A DNA stretch of 64,000 nt from Candidatus Aenigmatarchaeota archaeon. Lineage in GTDB: Archaea > Aenigmatarchaeota > Aenigmatarchaeia > CG10238-14 > SpSt-28. The first letter of the stretch is position 1. Each line of letters begins with the position of its first letter. The notes under the pieces were generated by a model. It did no database searches. It was not told the DNA's origin and was given only the letters and a program-made list of their open reading frames with translations. Below, one piece after another: positions 57,833-64,000 of this stretch. The stretch is from NCBI GenBank assembly GCA_038997355.1, contig JAWBAC010000001.1, forward strand, positions 4,820 through 68,819. Direction: 5' to 3'. Made by a program: the position numbers and the translations under genes.

Positions 57833-58930
57833 ATGAAAGAAGCAATACTTTATAGAATAGAAAATGAAAGAGTTGTTTGTACTGCATGCGCAAGATATTG
57901 TAAATTATTGCCAAATCAAATAGGATTTTGTGGAATAAGAATAAATAAAGATGGAAAACTTTATTTAGCAAACTATGGATTGCTTTCTGCTCTAAATTTT
58001 GATCCGATAGAGAAAAAACCATTTTTCCATTTTTATCCTGGAAGTGTTGCATTAAGTATGGGAACTTTTGGTTGTAATTGGGCTTGCAAATATTGCTGTA
58101 ATTTTGATATTTCTCAAAGAAGAAAAATAGAAGGTTTTGAATTCTTACCAGAAGATATTTTAGAGATTGCCAAAAAATACAGAGAAAAGTTCAACATATC
58201 TTCTATTTGTTTTACTTATAATGAGCCAAGTATATATGCAGAATACATTTATGATGTTGCAAAATTAGCTAAAAAAGAAGATTTTAAAATAATTTTCATA
58301 ACTAATGGATATTTAAGCGAAGAAGCAATAGATTTCTTTTCAAAATTCACAGATGCAATAACTATAGATTTTAAAGGTAATGGAAACTCTGAATTTGGTA
58401 GAAAATTTATTTCTATTCCTTCATACGAAATAGTATTTCAAAATTTGGAAGAATTAAGCAAAAAGAAAATTCACTTAGAAATAACAGATTTAGTAATTCC
58501 TAAGGTTGGAGATAATTTAGAAGATTGTAGAAAATTGTGTAAAAAAGTTTATGATGTTTTAGGAGAAAAATCAATGATTCATTTTTTAAGATTTTTCCCT
58601 ATGTATAAAATGTTAGATTTTCCTTCTACACCAATAGAAACTTTAGAATTACATGCAAAAATTGCAAAAGAAGAAGGAATAAAATATGTTTATATTGGAA
58701 ATGTTTGGGGGCACAAATTAGAAAATACTTATTGTTCTAATTGCGGAAATTTAGTAATAAGAAGATATGGATTTGAAGTTTTAGAAAGTTATTTAGATGA
58801 TAATAATAGATGTAAATTTTGCAATTATAAATTACCTATAGTAGGAAAAGTAAGCAAATCTTCTATTTCATTGCCTATTGTTGTTCCAGAAATTTCTAAT
58901 AAAAAGTATGTACAAGTTAACTTCGGATAG
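57833..58930 (+). CDS. AmmeMemoRadiSam system radical SAM enzyme
   Basis: DPIEKKPFFHFYPG, GCNWACKYC, FTYNEP and YVYIGNV; start moved to MKEAILY. Confidence 0.92.
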   Translation: MKEAILYRIENERVVCTACARYCKLLPNQIGFCGIRINKDGKLYLANYGLLSALNFDPIEKKPFFHFYPGSVALSMGTFGCNWACKYCCNFDISQRRKIEGFEFLPEDILEIAKKYREKFNISSICFTYNEPSIYAEYIYDVAKLAKKEDFKIIFITNGYLSEEAIDFFSKFTDAITIDFKGNGNSEFGRKFISIPSYEIVFQNLEELSKKKIHLEITDLVIPKVGDNLEDCRKLCKKVYDVLGEKSMIHFLRFFPMYKMLDFPSTPIETLELHAKIAKEEGIKYVYIGNVWGHKLENTYCSNCGNLVIRRYGFEVLESYLDDNNRCKFCNYKLPIVGKVSKSSISLPIVVPEISNKKYVQVNFG

Positions 58931-59741
58931 CAACTATTGATGCATAACCTACGATAATTTCTTCATCATTAGTAACATCTGCAGAATTATAATAGCACAA
59001 AAGCTTATTTTTTGAATTCATTTCTTTTGTGAATTCTATGAAAACTTGAAAAGAATAATATCCACAAATAGTGTAAAACTTTTTTGCATGAGAAACAAAA
59101 GAATTCAAATCTTTATTTAATATCGATTCGATGAATTTCATATCTGCATTTCTAACGTTTTCTTTTTTGTTTTCTTTAAAGACTTCAAAACCATATATTT
59201 TTCCGTGATGAATAAAATCGCCACTAAACAAATAAAATGTTTTTTCATCAAAGATTTCTTTTAATAATTGAACTAATGCTTTAATTTCTTGTAAACTTAA
59301 ATTGCTAACTAGTATTGGTACGATAGAAAAATCTTTTAAATAATATTGCAAAAATGGCAATTGAACTTCTATTGAATGTTCTTCGCTATGAATATCTTCA
59401 TTTATTTCTGAAAATTCTAATTCCAAAAATTTTTTAACCAATTTTTTATTTATCTTAACTTTTCCTAAAGGCGTTTTAATATCTTCTGTCGATAATATAA
59501 CTTTACCTATTGATGAATGATTCGTAGCAACAATTATTACATTTTCAAAGTTAGAATTTTCCAAATTTTTATAAGTATGTAATGCACATTTTCCACTATA
59601 AATCCAACCTGCGTGAGGAACTATAGAAGCAAATATTTTTTCATTAAGTGTTTGAATGTCTTTTTCGTTTTCTTTAATAAAATCAATTATCTCTTCTTTT
59701 GAAAAAGGATAAAAACTGCCAGCGAAGCTTGCTAATCTCAC
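58917..59741 (-). CDS. AmmeMemoRadiSam system protein B (Memo)
   Basis: AGSFYP, VPHAGWIYSG, EHSIEVQLPFL and SGDFIH motifs. Confidence 0.92.
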   Translation of the reverse strand: MRLASFAGSFYPFSKEEIIDFIKENEKDIQTLNEKIFASIVPHAGWIYSGKCALHTYKNLENSNFENVIIVATNHSSIGKVILSTEDIKTPLGKVKINKKLVKKFLELEFSEINEDIHSEEHSIEVQLPFLQYYLKDFSIVPILVSNLSLQEIKALVQLLKEIFDEKTFYLFSGDFIHHGKIYGFEVFKENKKENVRNADMKFIESILNKDLNSFVSHAKKFYTICGYYSFQVFIEFTKEMNSKNKLLCYYNSADVTNDEEIIVGYASIVAIRS

Positions 59742-60127
59742 TTTAAATCCTTTAAAGTTCTAATACCCATTATTTCATAGTACCAAGTTTCTTCTCCTTC
59801 TTTTAATTTTCCTCGCTTCTCTTCAGGAATTTCTAATTCAAAGTTCTCATAAGTTTCTAAATCCATTAATTGGACTTTATCCCCTATAATAGCTAAAACT
59901 TGAGCTTTTTTTCTTTTTATTATTGGTATTTCAACATCTTCATCTGCTGGCTGTACGATACTTCTTCTTCTTCCATCAAACAATCCTATTGCCTCTACTC
60001 TTGTTTTTGCTGAACCGTGCTTTCCAGTAACACTAGTAGAAACGCTTTCAACTTTGCAAGGTACACCTTCTATCAATACTAAGTCACCTTCTTTTAATTC
60101 TTTTATTGCTTTTCTTGTTGTTTCCAT
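59738..60127 (-). CDS. eif5a: Translation factor aIF5A
   Basis: TGKHGSAK hypusination motif; QLMDLETYE. Confidence 0.96.
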   Translation of the reverse strand: METTRKAIKELKEGDLVLIEGVPCKVESVSTSVTGKHGSAKTRVEAIGLFDGRRRSIVQPADEDVEIPIIKRKKAQVLAIIGDKVQLMDLETYENFELEIPEEKRGKLKEGEETWYYEIMGIRTLKDLK

Positions 60128-60172
60128 AATTTTTGTAATTAAAATTAATATATTTTGTAACTATCATTTCTT

Positions 60173-60367
60173 ATGGCAAAAATAAGAGTTAATGAAAAAT
60201 GCATTGGCTGCGGAGCTTGTATTGCAATAGCTCCAGAAATATTTGAATTCAATAAAGATGGTTTTTCTTATGCAAAAATTTCTGAAACAAATGACAAAAA
60301 ACTTATAGGAAAAGCTAAAGAAGCGGCTGAAGCTTGCCCAGTAGGAGCTATTGAAGTAGAAGAATAA
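60173..60367 (+). CDS. fdx: Ferredoxin
   Basis: CIGCGAC...CPVGAI. Confidence 0.93.
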   Translation: MAKIRVNEKCIGCGACIAIAPEIFEFNKDGFSYAKISETNDKKLIGKAKEAAEACPVGAIEVEE

Positions 60368-60392
60368 AAATATATTAAAAAAGTATTTTTTT

Positions 60393-60659
60393 ATGGTAAA
60401 AGTTGAGAAAAAGATTCTAAAAGCAAGAGAATATTATTTAAAAAGAGAAACAAAGCTCAATTTTGCTATATTGCTTATTGGCATATTATTAACGATAACA
60501 TTTTTTCTCATATTGATTAATATTTCTAATCAAAATATAGAAAGTGAACAACAATTACCTAACGAAGGTATTCCGTCAGAATATTTTTTAGAAACTTCTG
60601 AAGAAGAATTTCCACCAATACCTACAGGAGAATTTATATTAGAAGAATTAGAAATATAA
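60393..60659 (+). CDS. Small single-TM protein with acidic tail
   Basis: One TM; Glu/Pro-rich C-terminus. Confidence 0.55.
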   Translation: MVKVEKKILKAREYYLKRETKLNFAILLIGILLTITFFLILINISNQNIESEQQLPNEGIPSEYFLETSEEEFPPIPTGEFILEELEI

Positions 60660-60677
60660 TAAATTTATTCTAAATCT

Positions 60678-60748
60678 TGCGCCGGCCGGGATTCGAACCC
60701 GGGCTACTGGCTTGGGAAGCCAGTGTCCTGCCTCTAGACTACCGGCGC
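60678..60748 (-). tRNA. tRNA-Gly(CCC)
   Basis: GCGCCGG acceptor; CTGGC-TT-CCC-AA-GCCAG. Confidence 0.96.
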
Positions 60749-60781
60749 TTATATTAATGGCATAAATAAATATTAATTCTT

Positions 60782-61723
60782 ATGGATTTTGTAACCCTTT
60801 CGATAATTTTCTTTTCAATAGCTATAGCTATCGATATACTTTATAGCAAAAAGGATAGAATAATAACATTTAAAAAAGCGTTTGTATGGAGTTTTATATG
60901 GATATTTGTATCAATAATCTTCATTATAGTAGCGCATGAATTAAAAGTGAACGATTTTTTTACTCTAATGGCAATTTACTTAACAGAAAAGATTTTGTCT
61001 ATTAATAATCTATCTATTTTTCTTCTTATCTTTTCACTAACAAAAATAAACATAAGAGAAAAATTAAAAGTTCTAACATTTGGAATATATATTTCAATAA
61101 TTTTGAGAATAATGTTAATTTTCATTGGCACACTTTTAGTAAAAACATTTCTCAACATATCTTACTTGTTAATATCTATATTACTTTTGTTTTTTGGATA
61201 CTCGATGATTAAAGAAAAAAATGAATTTTTGAATAGATTTTTATATCTCATAGAAATTTTTGGGAAAAATATATCAAAAGAAGTGACACAAAAATTTCCT
61301 ATGTTTCACTTATCCTTTTCAAAACTAATAACTCTTATATTTCTAATAGGAATTGTAAATTTTATATTTTCACTAGATAACGCGTTTTCTGTTTTAGTAA
61401 TTTCTTCAGATTTTATATCTCTTCTAGTTACAACTTTGTTAGCAGTAATTGGTTTAAAACCACTATATTTTCTTTTGGAAAATGTTGCAAAAAAAGTTGA
61501 AAAATTAAAATTATTTTTAGGTATTTATATGTTTTATTTGGCTTTCGAATCTTTTCTAAAAGTTTTTGGAATAGAAATACCAAATAGCATAACTATTTGT
61601 GTTTTGTTAACTCTAATTTCAATTCCAATTATTTTACATTTTAGCAAAGATTTCACTCCAAGCCATAAAAGAAAGGAAAAGATAGAGGAAAAATCCAGTT
61701 ATAAGAATTATAAAAACTATTAG
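60782..61723 (+). CDS. TerC/Alx-family membrane protein
   Basis: YLTEKILSINNL.IF, GI..SIILR, FSLDN and GLKPLYF motifs. Confidence 0.85.
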   Translation: MDFVTLSIIFFSIAIAIDILYSKKDRIITFKKAFVWSFIWIFVSIIFIIVAHELKVNDFFTLMAIYLTEKILSINNLSIFLLIFSLTKINIREKLKVLTFGIYISIILRIMLIFIGTLLVKTFLNISYLLISILLLFFGYSMIKEKNEFLNRFLYLIEIFGKNISKEVTQKFPMFHLSFSKLITLIFLIGIVNFIFSLDNAFSVLVISSDFISLLVTTLLAVIGLKPLYFLLENVAKKVEKLKLFLGIYMFYLAFESFLKVFGIEIPNSITICVLLTLISIPIILHFSKDFTPSHKRKEKIEEKSSYKNYKNY

Positions 61724-63064
61724 ATTTGGTTTTATCATTTGATAAATCTTATAACTCAAGAATTTTCTAGCAATAACATAATTGTAATATAGAACTAAGG
61801 GTATTGAAAAGGTTTGAAATATTAAAGCAATGTTTGCGGATAGTTTAATTAAAAAATCTGGATTTAAAAACTCGGAAATTTTTGTTAAATATATCCATAG
61901 CAAACCATAAGCACTAAAAACTAAAAGCAAAAAGAAGTATAGTTTGTTTATTTTTATTTCTTTTTTCCTGTATTTCAAAAAGTAAATGTAAATGCTATCA
62001 GATATTTGCCTTATTAATCCTTCTGTTATGGAAAATTGTGTAGAAAAAAGTTGTATCGCAACAATTAATAAATAAAGCATTCCAAAAATATTTCCTAACT
62101 TTTGAGAAATTAGCTCAGAAACTGAAATTGCAGCATTTTTAATTTCTGAATTGCTCCCATATAGCAAATGGCCCAAAGATATAAAAATTGCCAAAGTTAA
62201 AAAGTTTAAAAAGAAATAGATAGAAAAAAATCCCATTCTAAAATTTTTTATCCATTTACTCATTTTTTCTAAATTTTCTTTATCTTCTTTTGGAAATATT
62301 GGATCTATTAAAATTTTTTCTTGTTTTTTTCTTATTCCCTTAATGCTTCCAACATATTTGCCCATACCCCATCCAATATCTCTTAGCCAATAGGTATACC
62401 AAATGTTAAATATTCCCCCAGCACCAACAAAAGCAACTGCACTAGCTAAAGTATACATCGATATATCAAACCTTAAACTTCCAAAATCTGTAAACAAAGA
62501 AACAAAAACTTTTGCTATTTCTTTATAAAGCTCTAAACTAAATATTAGAAAGATTAAGTATATCCAGCTTATAATAGTAATTGTTTTAAATATTTTTTCT
62601 AGCAGAGAAGAAATTTTATCTGCTAAAGCTAAGAGAATTATAGTTATTCCAAAAGAAATTATTGCCCAGATAAATAAACCAGTTTTATAATCTAGAGAGA
62701 AATTGTATAATCTCAATAAGCTTTCTGCACTATTAATAGCCCACGAAGGAATTCCGGCAGCTAATATAGTAAATATACCAAAAACCATCAAAGAAGTTAT
62801 TAATCCAAATATTCTTGCCATATATAACACAAAATGCTCTCCAGTAACTAAACTAATCTTTGCCATCTCTATAGTCCAAAGTGTTTGAACTAACAAACTA
62901 AAAAATGCTAACCAAACAAAAACTAATCCATAATTAGCAGCAATTTGTGGCCATAATAATAGCTCCCCAGCACCCAATCCTAAGCCAAATAATATTATAG
63001 TTGGTCCAAAAAAGAAATTCCTTAAATTTATTGGCTTTGGAACTTCCTTCTTTATTTTTGCCAT
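61634..63064 (-). CDS. Nramp-like transporter
   Basis: GP..I..GLGLGAGELLLWP...YG, FVGAGG..N..Y.YWLRD.GWGMG. Confidence 0.75.
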   Translation of the reverse strand: MAKIKKEVPKPINLRNFFFGPTIILFGLGLGAGELLLWPQIAANYGLVFVWLAFFSLLVQTLWTIEMAKISLVTGEHFVLYMARIFGLITSLMVFGIFTILAAGIPSWAINSAESLLRLYNFSLDYKTGLFIWAIISFGITIILLALADKISSLLEKIFKTITIISWIYLIFLIFSLELYKEIAKVFVSLFTDFGSLRFDISMYTLASAVAFVGAGGIFNIWYTYWLRDIGWGMGKYVGSIKGIRKKQEKILIDPIFPKEDKENLEKMSKWIKNFRMGFFSIYFFLNFLTLAIFISLGHLLYGSNSEIKNAAISVSELISQKLGNIFGMLYLLIVAIQLFSTQFSITEGLIRQISDSIYIYFLKYRKKEIKINKLYFFLLLVFSAYGLLWIYLTKISEFLNPDFLIKLSANIALIFQTFSIPLVLYYNYVIARKFLSYKIYQMIKPNLIVFIILITGFFLYLFLSFMAWSEIFAKM

Positions 63065-63852
63065 ATTAATGATGGTTTGTTAAGAAAATTATAAAAATCT
63101 GGATTTTCTATAAAAGATTTGTAAAGATTTTCTTTCGGAAATTTAAAAAGTTTTTTTGGTCTTATAACTTCTACTTCAAAAGTTTCTGAATAATTTGGAT
63201 TTTTTATAATCTTTATTGGAATTTTAATAGGTAAAACCAATGATGATAAAATGTTATCATATGGATAAATTTGTTCGTTGCTTAACACATAAACAGCAGC
63301 TCCTCTCTTTTTTTCATAAATTTCGTAGTTTGAATGAAATTTATTACTAACTAAATTTGAAAGTATTAAATCTTTTTTGCCTATGTTTATGCTTACATGC
63401 CCAAAATTCGGAGGAATCAAAATTTTCTCTCCCTTTTTGCCAAAAACTAAAAAAACTTTTTTAACTCTTTCATTTTCAAACTCTTGTAAAATAAATAATG
63501 CTTTTCCTTTAAGAACTTCATAAACTTCTGGATAACTCAAATTGTTTTCTGCAATAGGATGTATATGGCCAAAAGTTTTATTAAATTCTCTGCCTAACAT
63601 TTTAGGAAAAATTATTGTAACATCGTATCTTAAACTTTTTTCTTCAAACAATTTTCTATCTTCTTCTCTTTTTAAATCTCTAAACATTAAGTATGTTATT
63701 TCATTTTCGTTATTCTCATTAACAAATTTTTCATCTAGTAAAACCTTTTTCATTTCTTTCAAAGTTCTTACGTTTGGCTTAATTTCGATATCATTTAAAA
63801 AAAGTTTTTTGTTTTTGTATTCTAAGTTTAGAGGTTCTGTGTTAAGTTTCAT
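63052..63852 (-). CDS. pgiA: Cupin-type glucose-6-phosphate isomerase
   Basis: LRYDVT, KTFGHIH, YPEVYEV and IPPNFGH.SIN motifs. Confidence 0.88.
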   Translation of the reverse strand: MKLNTEPLNLEYKNKKLFLNDIEIKPNVRTLKEMKKVLLDEKFVNENNENEITYLMFRDLKREEDRKLFEEKSLRYDVTIIFPKMLGREFNKTFGHIHPIAENNLSYPEVYEVLKGKALFILQEFENERVKKVFLVFGKKGEKILIPPNFGHVSINIGKKDLILSNLVSNKFHSNYEIYEKKRGAAVYVLSNEQIYPYDNILSSLVLPIKIPIKIIKNPNYSETFEVEVIRPKKLFKFPKENLYKSFIENPDFYNFLNKPSLIWQK

Positions 63853-64000
63853 AAAATTAAGTTTAATGCTTCGTAGAATATTAAAATTATCGATGTAAGC
63901 ATTAATAATAGTGATTCCTTTTTACTAACTTCGATTTTTTTATTAAACTTATAACCCAAATATCCGAAAATAAGATAATTAGATAAAATGAAAAATCCAG
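63849..64000 (-). CDS. Partial membrane protein (C-terminal end; runs off the window)
   Basis: Open frame ...GYKFNKKIEVSKKESLLLMLTSIILIFYEALNLIL*; stop overlaps the pgi ATG. Confidence 0.55.
   Translation of the reverse strand, partial: GFFILSNYLIFGYLGYKFNKKIEVSKKESLLLMLTSIILIFYEALNLIL

Noticed and set aside
5983..63898. Many 60-130 aa ORFs antisense or out of frame within recognised genes (e.g. 5983-6339, 37215-37565, 54813-55205, 63542-63898)
   Set aside because: They lie within well-supported genes and show no motifs.

Overview
A 64 kb window of a very AT-rich, gene-dense archaeal chromosome, most likely a DPANN-type lineage (inferred from compact spacing, fragmented ribosomal operons and truncated proteins). 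It holds about 70 protein genes covering translation, tRNA/RNA processing (RtcB, archease, RtcA, TrmY, Trm5/Taw2, CCA enzyme), glycolysis, repair, surface proteins and toxin-antitoxin loci. It also holds 12 tRNA genes, the SRP RNA and two free-standing box C/D sRNAs. The main observation is that 6 of the 12 tRNAs carry 25-53 nt introns at position 37/38, and all six contain a guide-D'-spacer-C' (K-loop-type) motif with no recognisable terminal box D. In tRNA-Met(CAU), Trp(CCA) and Leu(UAA) the intron guide is exactly complementary to the host anticodon, and the N+5 rule points at wobble nucleotide 34. The Cys intron may target C39. The two Ser introns appear to guide other RNAs, one matching the 23S peptidyl-transferase region. 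This suggests minimal, intron-encoded, probably cis-acting 2'-O-methylation guides. Other points: an unannotated 45-aa poly-acidic/aromatic peptide beside the SRP RNA, a pelota lacking its middle domain, a CBS+HPF-like candidate hibernation factor, a PIN-like plus RNA-ligase gene pair, and divergent genes whose start codons are only 7-16 bp apart. All calls come from reading the sequence by eye; no searches were run.
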